Below are positions 36,682-45,641 of a stretch of 64,000 nucleotides of DNA, in pieces; the stretch's first letter is position 1; the number at the start of each line of letters is the position of its first letter. The stretch lies in IMG/VR virus record IMGVR_UViG_3300023116_000009, positions 64,001-128,000 of that record. One strand, written 5' to 3'. The notes beneath the pieces were generated by a model. That model was given only the letters and a program-made list of their open reading frames with translations. It did not search any database and had not been told where the DNA came from. A program made the translations under genes and the position numbers. Source of the DNA: a virus.

Positions 36682-37385
36682 AGCGATAACTTAGTGTCTT
36701 CTAAATGTCTAATGTGGTTTGAAAGTTTGTCAAGGTATCCACGATTGCGTAACTCTTTGAATACAAGATTCTCAAGTGCAAACTCTCCACCTTGTTGAAT
36801 GGCAGACGCCCTCATATCACGAATTCTTTTTTGAAGTTTTCTAAGAACATCAGCATCATTTGCATCGCTCTCAATGAGGTCGTCAATCTTTGCCATCATA
36901 TCACGAACCTTGCGAATAAGCAAGGGGTCTGCAAGGTCAACCTTGACTTTGTTTGGTGCCATCAACCATTTGTCTTGAGTGAGTGAATACACACCCTGGT
37001 TAGCAGGCAGTGGATCACTCTCATCTTGAGCATACAACTCAACTGGATGAGAGTAGATCTTAATGTCGTGGACAAGTGCCCACAATTTCTTTTTATCTCT
37101 TAGATAATCATCTAAGAGTTCTGGACAGTCAGCAATCTGACTCTTATCAACAACCAAATGAAGATCAAGATCAGAGAATCTGGTGTAATTATAGTTAGCG
37201 TTACCACCAACCAGAATCATATCCTTTACAGCAGTAGCAGGAATCTTAGCAAACTCCGCCCACTTAGTTCCAATTTGTAAAAGTTTATCCTTTACTTCAG
37301 GTCTGAGTCCACCTTCATCCCAAAACTTAATATTCAATTTGTTGTGGTACATCAGGGTTAACCTGAGAGATTGGAACGTTTTCAC
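36678..37385 (-). CDS. Pol-beta-superfamily nucleotidyltransferase
   Basis: LVGGNANYNYTRFSDLDLHL, VELY, ENLVFKELR. Confidence 0.7.
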   Translation of the reverse strand: MKTFQSLRLTLMYHNKLNIKFWDEGGLRPEVKDKLLQIGTKWAEFAKIPATAVKDMILVGGNANYNYTRFSDLDLHLVVDKSQIADCPELLDDYLRDKKKLWALVHDIKIYSHPVELYAQDESDPLPANQGVYSLTQDKWLMAPNKVKVDLADPLLIRKVRDMMAKIDDLIESDANDADVLRKLQKRIRDMRASAIQQGGEFALENLVFKELRNRGYLDKLSNHIRHLEDTKLSL

Positions 37386-37406
37386 TGTTCGACTGTCACT
37401 TTATTA

Positions 37407-37772
37407 TTATTTATCTTCTTCAGTTTCAGTCATCACTGTTTCTTCAGGTTGTGTCATCTTTACAAAACTCTCGACAATACTCATCATAGGATCTGAGATA
37501 GAGATAACCCAATCTGGATTTACTGCAATTTGATTATCAGGAGTAAAAGGATTCCAACGAGAAAGAAGAATTTTATACTGACCTTTGATACTTTGCCTTG
37601 CTTCAGGATCGTCAATATCAAATTCAAGTTCAGAACCTTCAAGAGGTTCGATCTTTACGCAATAAGGATTGTTAAAAACAAACGCCTGCCTGCGTTGTTG
37701 ATCGTCAACTGCTTCTTGCAATTCAGTCACAACATATTCCCCAGATTTAAGGGATACAATTTTTACCGCCAT
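37407..37772 (-). CDS. hypothetical protein, paralogue of 36283-36681
   Basis: VSLKSGEYVV...WNPFT...WVISISDP; TTGACA-N17-TATAAT at 37796-37824. Confidence 0.65.
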   Translation of the reverse strand: MAVKIVSLKSGEYVVTELQEAVDDQQRRQAFVFNNPYCVKIEPLEGSELEFDIDDPEARQSIKGQYKILLSRWNPFTPDNQIAVNPDWVISISDPMMSIVESFVKMTQPEETVMTETEEDK

Positions 37773-37839
37773 TTTGATACAAAGGTTGAATTACTATTAT
37801 AAAAGGGTCTCAACCATTTGTCAAGACCCTTAACATTAT

Positions 37840-38286
37840 TTATTGAATCTCATAAACCTTTCGCTTCTGGTGCTCAGGTACGATTCTATTCAATTCAATA
37901 ATCAACATACCATTCTCAAATTTAACTTCTCCGACTTCTACATCGTCAGATAAGTTGAATCCTCTAGCGAAGGTGCGAGTCGCAACCCCACGGTGCATGT
38001 ACTCACCGTCTCCTTTATCCTTCGCTGCCTTGGACGAGATGATTAGAACATTGGTTTCGGTGCTGACTTCAATGTCATCTTTTGACCATCCCGCAAGTGC
38101 TAGTTCGATCCTCCACTTTGTCTCTGAATCTTTTACCAGATTATAAGGGGGATACGAATTCTGTGGTGTACCCATTCCATACGAATGAAGTCGATAGAAA
38201 AGGTCATCGTAACCGACACTGAATCTTTCTACAGCATCGACAATGGCACCCAAATCTTTGGTGCCGAACTTTCTAAGTCCAGTCAT
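37840..38286 (-). CDS. hsp20: small heat shock protein Hsp20
   Basis: YPPYNL, ELALAGW, HRGVATRTF, FENGML. Confidence 0.95.
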   Translation of the reverse strand: MTGLRKFGTKDLGAIVDAVERFSVGYDDLFYRLHSYGMGTPQNSYPPYNLVKDSETKWRIELALAGWSKDDIEVSTETNVLIISSKAAKDKGDGEYMHRGVATRTFARGFNLSDDVEVGEVKFENGMLIIELNRIVPEHQKRKVYEIQ

Positions 38287-38483
38287 TATGGTAGCTCCTT
38301 TAAAAGCGAGTTTGTGTTTTGAGGACCCCGAAGGCATCCATAGTATATATTACTCAATACAAAAATAGTGGCACAGTAATAACCGTACCACTATGTAGGG
38401 TGTTCCGACTTTCGTAGAGACCGCACGAAAGGTCTCAGAGTTATTTATGCCTAAATAATTTTAGTTGATACAAAGACCAAAAA

Positions 38484-38981
38484 ATGAAAAAAGCATTATT
38501 TGCTTTTGGAATGTTATTGATGACCGCAGGTGCAGCAAATGCTGGCGGACTTGTTACTAAACACGCTTCCAGTGTTCAACTGACTGTTGATGCTGCAAGA
38601 TCTACTGCAACCAGAGTTGGTAACTCCTACGCCATTTCTGGTGTTGGTATTGATACTATGTCTGGCACTGATGCAGATGTTGTTTCTACTGGTTCTATTA
38701 CCAGTGGCATCTATTCTCCTGGCACGATTGAAGCAACCCAACAAACTGCTGGCAACTCATTCTCTTTTAGCACATCCTTCACAGAAGGTGATGCAGTCCC
38801 AACCAGTGCTGCAACTACGGGAGCAATCCCTAACTTCTCCAATGTAACTTCTTACAGTGCTGGAACTGCTGGTTCTCTAGCTGGTACTGTTGGCACTACT
38901 GGTGCTGTTACGGTTACTGCTGGTGGAGCTGGTACATCTGCTACAGGACAATTTGTATCTGAGATTACTGTAATCGACTAA
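38484..38981 (+). CDS. exported Gly/Ser/Thr-rich beta protein
   Basis: Signal peptide MKKALFAF...AANA; CTAAATA at 38451. Confidence 0.7.
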   Translation: MKKALFAFGMLLMTAGAANAGGLVTKHASSVQLTVDAARSTATRVGNSYAISGVGIDTMSGTDADVVSTGSITSGIYSPGTIEATQQTAGNSFSFSTSFTEGDAVPTSAATTGAIPNFSNVTSYSAGTAGSLAGTVGTTGAVTVTAGGAGTSATGQFVSEITVID

Positions 38982-39418
38982 TGGATAGATTACAAGAAGC
39001 AATCGGTCTCGGGTTGGTTCTTGGTGCATTACATGGGACTGTCGCACAGGCAGTCCCAGTGGTCCCAAACTTTACCCAGGGAAGTATGACTAGTCATACA
39101 GAGACAACAACAAAAGTAACAGAAACTATTAACTCAATGGATTATAGCACAGGGTATCAATACTCTGTGACTGGTTCAGGAGTATCAGCAAGTGGGAACC
39201 TGTCCCCTGGAACAGGAACTAACAATGTAACTATAGACGGAGTGACTTCATCATGGACAGGAGTAACAAGCAAACCAACATTCACACAGACAACACCAGG
39301 AGCAGCGTTTCAGTTCACAGAAACATATCAAGGTCCTGGTTTAAGCAATCAAACGATAATTCAAAGAACCACAGAAATTCAAAGCGTCACAGACACTACA
39401 AGTATCTTCTCGCAGTAG
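38981..39418 (+). CDS. exported Thr-rich beta protein
   Basis: Signal ...AQA then VPVVPNF; translationally coupled to the previous gene. Confidence 0.7.
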   Translation: MDRLQEAIGLGLVLGALHGTVAQAVPVVPNFTQGSMTSHTETTTKVTETINSMDYSTGYQYSVTGSGVSASGNLSPGTGTNNVTIDGVTSSWTGVTSKPTFTQTTPGAAFQFTETYQGPGLSNQTIIQRTTEIQSVTDTTSIFSQ

Positions 39419-40137
39419 GACTTAATTGTGTATTCCCGTCTCAAGCATTCGCTGAGGTTGGTGGCGTTAGTGCTACCGCTGCTCCTGTTGCTAACTCTTC
39501 AGGTAGTGTTACTAATCAAGCAATACAAGTTTTACAAGGTCCGTACATCACAAACACTTACGGTGGTGGGGTCCAGTGTCAGGGACCAACTAGAAACTTC
39601 ACACCTTATGTAACAGGTTCTGCCTCGGCAACTAAACCTTATGAACCATATTATTGGGATCCTGTTTATGATATGCGGGATCTCGATGAGGATGGTGCTC
39701 CTGATAATCCTGGTTCTATTCTTTACACTGTTCCTGTAAGGACTGGACAGAAAGATAATTACAACCTGGGTGTAGGGTTCTCTATGACATGGAGCACACC
39801 TACAGATAAGAAGTTACAAGCACTGTGTAAGGAAGCAGCAACAGCACAAATTGAATTAAATAAACAACTCACTGCTAACAAGAGATTAGATTTTGAGATT
39901 GCCCGACTAAAAAACTGCGGGGAATTGATGAAACAAGGTATCATGTTTCATCCAAAATCACCATACTTTAAAGTATGTGCCGATGTCGTAGTAAACAACC
40001 CACCTGGACATCAGCATCCACACGTTCATAAGATCAACGTTTCTTCTTCCTCGGAAAAACAGAACGTAACTCACGAACAGCATAATTCATCTGCCGCTGC
40101 TCTGCTCGGCGCTCCCCTACAGACAGGACAGGAATAG
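39253..40137 (+). CDS. exported protein with Cys pairs (start uncertain)
   Basis: Internal signal-like segment KYLLAVGLNCVFPSQAFA; RLDFEIARLKNC. Confidence 0.65.
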   Translation: MDRSNKQTNIHTDNTRSSVSVHRNISRSWFKQSNDNSKNHRNSKRHRHYKYLLAVGLNCVFPSQAFAEVGGVSATAAPVANSSGSVTNQAIQVLQGPYITNTYGGGVQCQGPTRNFTPYVTGSASATKPYEPYYWDPVYDMRDLDEDGAPDNPGSILYTVPVRTGQKDNYNLGVGFSMTWSTPTDKKLQALCKEAATAQIELNKQLTANKRLDFEIARLKNCGELMKQGIMFHPKSPYFKVCADVVVNNPPGHQHPHVHKINVSSSSEKQNVTHEQHNSSAAALLGAPLQTGQE

Positions 40138-40831
40138 TTTTCTTCCTGATCGCTGCAATCTTTTTCATAACTTTCTTAACCGTTGGTTTGACTGCCTTTA
40201 ATAGGATGTCTGCCAGCGGTTTTGCTAATAGCGCCGACGACGTAGCAATGACAGCAATGCCGCCAACCTGTACGACTGAACCACCACTAGGGAGTCCAGC
40301 GACAATCTGTTGTGGTAATGGAACCGCTTCTGTAATTTGAACACATTCGTTACCTAGTAGTTTATACTCAATAACTTTTTTTCGGAAACCCTCTACATAT
40401 GTTCCGACTGGTTCTTTTGCGTTTTGTGCTGGTGTAGGACAGTCAACCTTAGCAGTAACAGGTGGTGCTGCTGGTGGAAGTTCTACCTGACCTGGTGGTT
40501 CTGGTTTCTCTTTCTGTCTAGTATCAACACCTGATGGTTTAGTAGGAATTATTTGTTCAGGTTCAAAATTAATAGGATTATAACTGGGAATGCCAGCGTC
40601 ACAAATTGTAAAAGTACCTCTTTGGTCATCAGATTTAATCTGATTGTTTTTAGAGTTATTGGTACTGTGAACTTCAACACATCCAGGAACATCAACAATA
40701 GGCACACCAATATTTACCACGACAGGGGGTGGAAGTGGTGGTGTTGTGTAATATTCTGTTGCAGTTATTACTTTTGGAATTTCAATCTCCCGAATTTCAA
40801 TATCGGGAGAAGATATAATTTGTACATCCAT
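40034..40831 (-). CDS. Pro-rich membrane-anchored protein
   Basis: VDVPGCVE...CDAG, TM helix near C-terminus, basic tail. Confidence 0.65.
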   Translation of the reverse strand: MDVQIISSPDIEIREIEIPKVITATEYYTTPPLPPPVVVNIGVPIVDVPGCVEVHSTNNSKNNQIKSDDQRGTFTICDAGIPSYNPINFEPEQIIPTKPSGVDTRQKEKPEPPGQVELPPAAPPVTAKVDCPTPAQNAKEPVGTYVEGFRKKVIEYKLLGNECVQITEAVPLPQQIVAGLPSGGSVVQVGGIAVIATSSALLAKPLADILLKAVKPTVKKVMKKIAAIRKKTIPVLSVGERRAEQRQMNYAVRELRSVFPRKKKR

Positions 40832-40969
40832 TAATCTTCAAATAATTTAAAAATACTAGTCCAAATAGAATGGAAGAACACATACAGAAAGAAAGTTTCC
40901 GTTGCTTCTTTCTTAGCTTTTCTTTTATACGTTGTCGGTGCCATAATGTTACCTCAAACTTTTAACTAT

Positions 40970-41599
40970 TTAACAATCATTAAAAACTGTTCCGATTTCA
41001 GAACCTAATTCCGATCCTGCTTTCTGCCCTAGGAGCAATGCCCAACCACCTGCCAACCATCCGATGTATGGGATGCTGGTAATTGCTGGGACAATTAGAC
41101 CAGCACTAATTGCGGTCCCTGCCATCGCACCTTGTGAGCGTGCTCCAGCGTCCGCCCTGATGCACTCTTCGCTTTTGGCAAGGGTCTTTCCCTCAGCATC
41201 TACTGAAGCGCCTCCTAGATTGCGTGTACCTTCTCTGGTGTATTCATCACGACGATATTCACTACGCTTTTCAGATCCACCACCAAACCATCCTTTCTTA
41301 TTTCTATCAACATCAAGAGATCTTTCGGACTCCAATACTTTAGGATCATCAGCACGGTATTCAATCTCATATCCATCCTTGCCAGCTTTGATTCTGTAGG
41401 ATGAGTATGGTCCCCTGGGGATGTTGAACGTAGGTGGTTGATGCACCTGAGTTTGTGGTCTCAATACATATCCAAGAAGACCGATGTGAGAAATACCCAC
41501 AACTGCACCCAATGCCAATGCAGCAATCTTAATTGGCGATTGTTTGTTGGTTGGCATTTGTGTTGGCATTTCTACCTCTGTCTTCTTAGAATTAAACAT
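40970..41599 (-). CDS. membrane protein with glycine zipper
   Basis: N-terminal TM helix; GAMAGTAISAG...IGWLAGGW...GSELGSEIG. Confidence 0.65.
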   Translation of the reverse strand: MFNSKKTEVEMPTQMPTNKQSPIKIAALALGAVVGISHIGLLGYVLRPQTQVHQPPTFNIPRGPYSSYRIKAGKDGYEIEYRADDPKVLESERSLDVDRNKKGWFGGGSEKRSEYRRDEYTREGTRNLGGASVDAEGKTLAKSEECIRADAGARSQGAMAGTAISAGLIVPAITSIPYIGWLAGGWALLLGQKAGSELGSEIGTVFNDC

Positions 41600-41601
41600 G
41601 G

Positions 41602-41850
41602 TTAGAATGGGATAGCAGGACCAGTTGTAGTAGGAACAGCAGGACCAGTGACTTCTGGCATCTTGGGCATAGCAGCGTCTAACATACTAGGAAGTGCAGA
41701 TTGAATTGATTCTACTGCTGCTTTGGTAATTTTACCTCTAGCATCCTCAATGAGGACATCTGCATTCTTATACAGATAAACCCCACCGCCGAGAACTGAT
41801 AGTGATACCAGTCCCGACAGCAGGGCAACAACGTTAACTAGTTTTTGCAT
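41602..41850 (-). CDS. single-TM protein with Pro-rich tail
   Basis: MQKLVNVVALLSGLVSLSVLGGGVYLY. Confidence 0.6.
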   Translation of the reverse strand: MQKLVNVVALLSGLVSLSVLGGGVYLYKNADVLIEDARGKITKAAVESIQSALPSMLDAAMPKMPEVTGPAVPTTTGPAIPF

Positions 41851-42160
41851 CTTTCTTAGGTTCAATAGCGGAAACAACTTCTGGTTCTTTCTTCGCCTGT
41901 GGTTTTACTGGAGCAGCACCACCAGATTTGGCAGGACTCAATCCAAATGCAGCAAGCGATCCAGAGAACACAGAGGCAATGAAGGTAGGATCAAAATCTA
42001 AAATCTTTTGTCCGTTAGGAAGTCGGACGTAACTAAAGGTGAGCAGAGAGGCAGACCAAATAAGGACAACAACTTTCACCAGATTACCAAGGACTTCACT
42101 TTTATCTTCATGATCGTGGTCTTTCTCTTCTACCTTTGCTTTGGTTTTATTTCCAAGCAT
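41834..42160 (-). CDS. two-TM membrane protein
   Basis: VVVLIWSASLLTFSY...DPTFIASVFSGSLAAFG; TATAAATA at 42185-42192. Confidence 0.65.
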   Translation of the reverse strand: MLGNKTKAKVEEKDHDHEDKSEVLGNLVKVVVLIWSASLLTFSYVRLPNGQKILDFDPTFIASVFSGSLAAFGLSPAKSGGAAPVKPQAKKEPEVVSAIEPKKDAKTS

Positions 42161-42193
42161 AAAAATAGAGGAGTTAGGCTCCTCTATTTATAA

Positions 42194-42625
42194 CTATGCT
42201 ACTGTCGAGGCAGTTTTCTTTTTTCCGATATTGTACTTTGATTCCAGTTCCCATTCGCCTTTTTCTTTGTACGACAGGACTTTGATCTGATTTAGTGGTG
42301 CGATGTCAAGAACACTATCAGTGTTAACAATACTAATCAAACCCCAATCGGAGAGAAGTTGGGCGATACGATTGCGACGCTGAACATCATTTTGAGTCAG
42401 GTTTGCTGTCTTGCCATCAAGGGCAAACAGTTCCTTAAAATGAACAATGTAATACTTACCTTGTTTGTGCAAAATGTGACAGGATTGATAGAGTTTTTTC
42501 TCTTTGCGTGATGCAACACCAATCCTTGAAAGTGTTTCTCTTACCTTAAGAAAGTCATCTGGTTGAGAGAGTTTTACCTCTACCATACTTTCACGAGTCC
42601 ACTGAACCTCAGCAACCTGAGTCAT
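42194..42625 (-). CDS. regA: translational repressor RegA
   Basis: DFLKVRETLSRIG...LYQSCHILHKQGKYYIVHFKELF. Confidence 0.95.
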   Translation of the reverse strand: MTQVAEVQWTRESMVEVKLSQPDDFLKVRETLSRIGVASRKEKKLYQSCHILHKQGKYYIVHFKELFALDGKTANLTQNDVQRRNRIAQLLSDWGLISIVNTDSVLDIAPLNQIKVLSYKEKGEWELESKYNIGKKKTASTVA

Positions 42626-43023
42626 TACGTTTTACCTCCACGATTTAATTTTGATTTAATATAATCAATTTGTTTACTATTTAGAATTTTCAAAACTGCT
42701 TGTGCCTTCTCAGTACTATAATTATAGTATTCTTTGATGACTTCAAGATTGTCCAGTTTGTCCTTCTTTTCCCAGGGCGAGAAACGCTTTCTCTTCCTAA
42801 CGGTATTTATATAGAAATCGTACTGCATACGATTGGGTATATCGTGGTAGGTATTCATCTCATTAGCGAACATAATTGTATCGTAAAAAGACGACATACA
42901 CTTATTGACGATCCAAGATGGGTAGTTCTTCTCCCACCCTGGATCATCAGTGTTCATCAAGTTGGTTTTAGTTTCATTAATGGACTTTAAATAGTCCGTC
43001 AAACTATGACTGTACTTGCTCAT
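42625..43023 (-). CDS. gp62: clamp loader small subunit gp62
   Basis: DYLKSIN...QYDFYIN..RKRKRFSPW; synteny. Confidence 0.9.
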   Translation of the reverse strand: MSKYSHSLTDYLKSINETKTNLMNTDDPGWEKNYPSWIVNKCMSSFYDTIMFANEMNTYHDIPNRMQYDFYINTVRKRKRFSPWEKKDKLDNLEVIKEYYNYSTEKAQAVLKILNSKQIDYIKSKLNRGGKT

Positions 43024-43832
43024 CAGTAATTTAAAAGAAGAAGTTCTTTACGTTTCTTTTGATCTTCAGTATAAGTTCCAGTAGATCTCATGGTGTAAGT
43101 AAGGTCCCAATCTTTTTGTGTCCAGTCAGGAAATCTTTCCTTAACAAAAAGGTCAGAATTGTAAGTGATCATACACTTATGTTCAGAGTTTCTACAATGA
43201 GCAGCAAACATCTCATGATTAAAACCTTTGTGCATATTGCCCTTCTTACCATACAAGTTATCCTTGATATCGTATGGAGGGTCTAGAAAAACAAAGGCAT
43301 CATCACCATAAAGAAACTCACTGTAATCCTGGTTGGTAATCTTCCAAAACTGAATGATCTCAGAAACTCCAGGTAACTTATCAATACCCCTGAAGGTAAA
43401 ATTCTGCACAGATGCCTGCTTACTAAATGAAGAGGACTCAGACAGACCACTAAAAGAACACTTGTTGATAATGTAAAAATTGAATCCAGTAGAATACAAA
43501 TCCCCATGATCAATCTGACTCTTAGCATTTAGAAACGCTTCTCTGTGAGCGTCTTCACTCTCGCCCAGTTCGGTCTTGAGTTCTCTCAAATCACTATGAA
43601 GACGGTCTCCATCCTGCTGTAAGGTCTTCCAGAAGGCATACAGTGGGTAGTAGAGGTCATTGACCCAAATATGAGTGCGAGGTCTTTCCTGGGTCACGTG
43701 GAGTGCCATAGAACCGCCACCAAGAAAAGGTTCTATGTATTTGTCAAACTTCTTTGGAAGGTGTTGATCTAAGTATTTGATCGCCCTGGACTTGCCACCA
43801 GGATATCGAAGAGGTGTTTTAATTTTTGCCAT
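43023..43832 (-). CDS. dam: DNA adenine methyltransferase (Dam family)
   Basis: LRYPGGKS, EPFLGGGS, DPPY. Confidence 0.9.
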   Translation of the reverse strand: MAKIKTPLRYPGGKSRAIKYLDQHLPKKFDKYIEPFLGGGSMALHVTQERPRTHIWVNDLYYPLYAFWKTLQQDGDRLHSDLRELKTELGESEDAHREAFLNAKSQIDHGDLYSTGFNFYIINKCSFSGLSESSSFSKQASVQNFTFRGIDKLPGVSEIIQFWKITNQDYSEFLYGDDAFVFLDPPYDIKDNLYGKKGNMHKGFNHEMFAAHCRNSEHKCMITYNSDLFVKERFPDWTQKDWDLTYTMRSTGTYTEDQKKRKELLLLNY

Positions 43833-44356
43833 CAGAGAATCCGCTCAACTCCATCAAGTATATCAGATGCCGTGATACTCTTGGGTGCTGGTGTAATACC
43901 AGTGAAAAGAACCGTAAAGTCCCCTGGTTGAAACTTCACTTTTGCAGTCGTTGATTTGGGAGTAAAGTACACACGTTTATTAACAGTATCCCAATCAGTG
44001 TAACCAATAGACATCCTTTCAGTATCAACTAAAAACATGTAATCAAAAGTTTTAGTTACAACTTTACTATCACCTGCAAAGTTCTTTAGAGTGATTACCT
44101 TTGTTGCTCCATTCTGTTGAAACAATTTAAGAGTTCCTTTCATTTCATAGCGAAGTTCATCTTCACCAATAAAATCAACTCCGTTCATATGATCACCAAC
44201 ATAACGGACTTGGTTGTCGCTCCACTTTGCAAACGACTTCTCTTGAAGATAAGTTCGGAAAGTTTTGAACGTGTTGGACTTCATCTCTTTGGTATTGGTA
44301 GCATTTACACAACCAAAGAACTCTTTCAAGTTGATGCGAGAAAAATCAAGATTCAT
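43832..44356 (-). CDS. hypothetical protein, possible restriction-endonuclease fold
   Basis: GVDF-x7-YEMKG motif; coupled to dam. Confidence 0.55.
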   Translation of the reverse strand: MNLDFSRINLKEFFGCVNATNTKEMKSNTFKTFRTYLQEKSFAKWSDNQVRYVGDHMNGVDFIGEDELRYEMKGTLKLFQQNGATKVITLKNFAGDSKVVTKTFDYMFLVDTERMSIGYTDWDTVNKRVYFTPKSTTAKVKFQPGDFTVLFTGITPAPKSITASDILDGVERIL

Positions 44357-45300
44357 TTAAATTCACACTCCACCATAATTTGAGTAAGGGCAGCAAGCAA
44401 GTTAATTTCCTGATCAGCAACAAATGCTGCTTTGTATTGATAGTCAGCAATAATCAATACTGCTTGAGGAATTGTACTTGGTTGAAGTTTAGAGTACAGG
44501 TTATCATAGATAGAACGAAAAATATGAGATGGTTCATTATCCATATTGTTCACAACCCATTTTTTCACAGTAGTAAACTGCTTATTCTTCAGTGCATCTA
44601 CGAGTTGCTCAAACTTAATGTCAGACAAACTAGCAAGAATGCCACTGTCAATTTGACCACCAACTGCATAACGTTGACACTCGTTAAGGGTACGACGCCA
44701 GTCAGGGAAGAACTTAAGAATTAGTTGGGGAAGAACCTTTTCATCATATTGTACGCCCTCATTCTCAAGTATAAACCTGAGACGGTCGAAAAACTTTCCT
44801 GCAAGGATTCGTTTGTCTGCTCCTGGGATGCCAAAGTCAACGACTGAGCATCTTGAGTGGAGGGGTTCAATGATTTTGTTTTTGAAGTTACAGGTGAAAA
44901 TAAACCGACAGTTGCCATGAAACGCCTCAATGTTCGCCCGTAGGGCGAGTTGAACATCGTGGGTCGTGTTGTCAGCTTCGTCAACAATAACGACTTTGTG
45001 TTTGGAGTCACTAGATAGTGATACGGTCGATGCAAAATTTTTGACCTTGTTTCGTACTGTGTCAAGATAGCGTCCCTCGTCAGATCCGTTAATGATAATG
45101 TAACTGGCACCAAGTTCCTCACAAAGTGCCCTGGCAACGGTTGTCTTACCAATGCCTGCGGTTCCATGAAGTAACAGGTTAGAAATCTGACCCGACTTCA
45201 AAAAACTTTTGAATGTTTCTTTGGTATTCTCTGGGAGAATACAATCTTCAATTGTCTTGGGTCGATACTTTTCAACCCAAAGAAATTCATCACGAGACAT
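44353..45300 (-). CDS. gp44: clamp loader large subunit gp44
   Basis: WVEKYRP, GTAGIGKT, VDEAD, SRC. Confidence 0.95.
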   Translation of the reverse strand: MSRDEFLWVEKYRPKTIEDCILPENTKETFKSFLKSGQISNLLLHGTAGIGKTTVARALCEELGASYIIINGSDEGRYLDTVRNKVKNFASTVSLSSDSKHKVVIVDEADNTTHDVQLALRANIEAFHGNCRFIFTCNFKNKIIEPLHSRCSVVDFGIPGADKRILAGKFFDRLRFILENEGVQYDEKVLPQLILKFFPDWRRTLNECQRYAVGGQIDSGILASLSDIKFEQLVDALKNKQFTTVKKWVVNNMDNEPSHIFRSIYDNLYSKLQPSTIPQAVLIIADYQYKAAFVADQEINLLAALTQIMVECEFK

Positions 45301-45305
45301 AAAAT

Positions 45306-45641
45306 CTACTCAAGAGGTCTTACAAATTCGTTAGCAACCATGTCATTAGCGTGCATAGTGCTAAACATATATCTTACTGCAGATTCAGGTGAAGTGTGAT
45401 CTCCACATGTAAAAACGTCACATACTGCCATACCCAGTTCTGGCCAAGTATGAATGCTAATATGGGACTCAGCAAGCATAGCAACAGCAGTTACGCCTTG
45501 CGGTTCAAACTTGTGCGACACAAGATCGAGCAAAGTGCTTTGAGCAAGTGTCGCAGCATTAACTAACATTTCCCTAATGTAGGGTTCATCATCAAGAAGG
45601 ACTGCTGAACAATCCTTAAGAGTAAAAAGAATGTGTTTCAT
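45306..45641 (-). CDS. speD: S-adenosylmethionine decarboxylase
   Basis: FEPQGVT...LAESHISIHTWPE...DVFTCG. Confidence 0.9.
   Translation of the reverse strand: MKHILFTLKDCSAVLLDDEPYIREMLVNAATLAQSTLLDLVSHKFEPQGVTAVAMLAESHISIHTWPELGMAVCDVFTCGDHTSPESAVRYMFSTMHANDMVANEFVRPLE

Noticed and set aside
38417-38436. H-type pseudoknot in the RNA upstream of hsp20
   Set aside because: The 1-nt linker cannot span a 6-bp stem; alternative hairpins are more plausible
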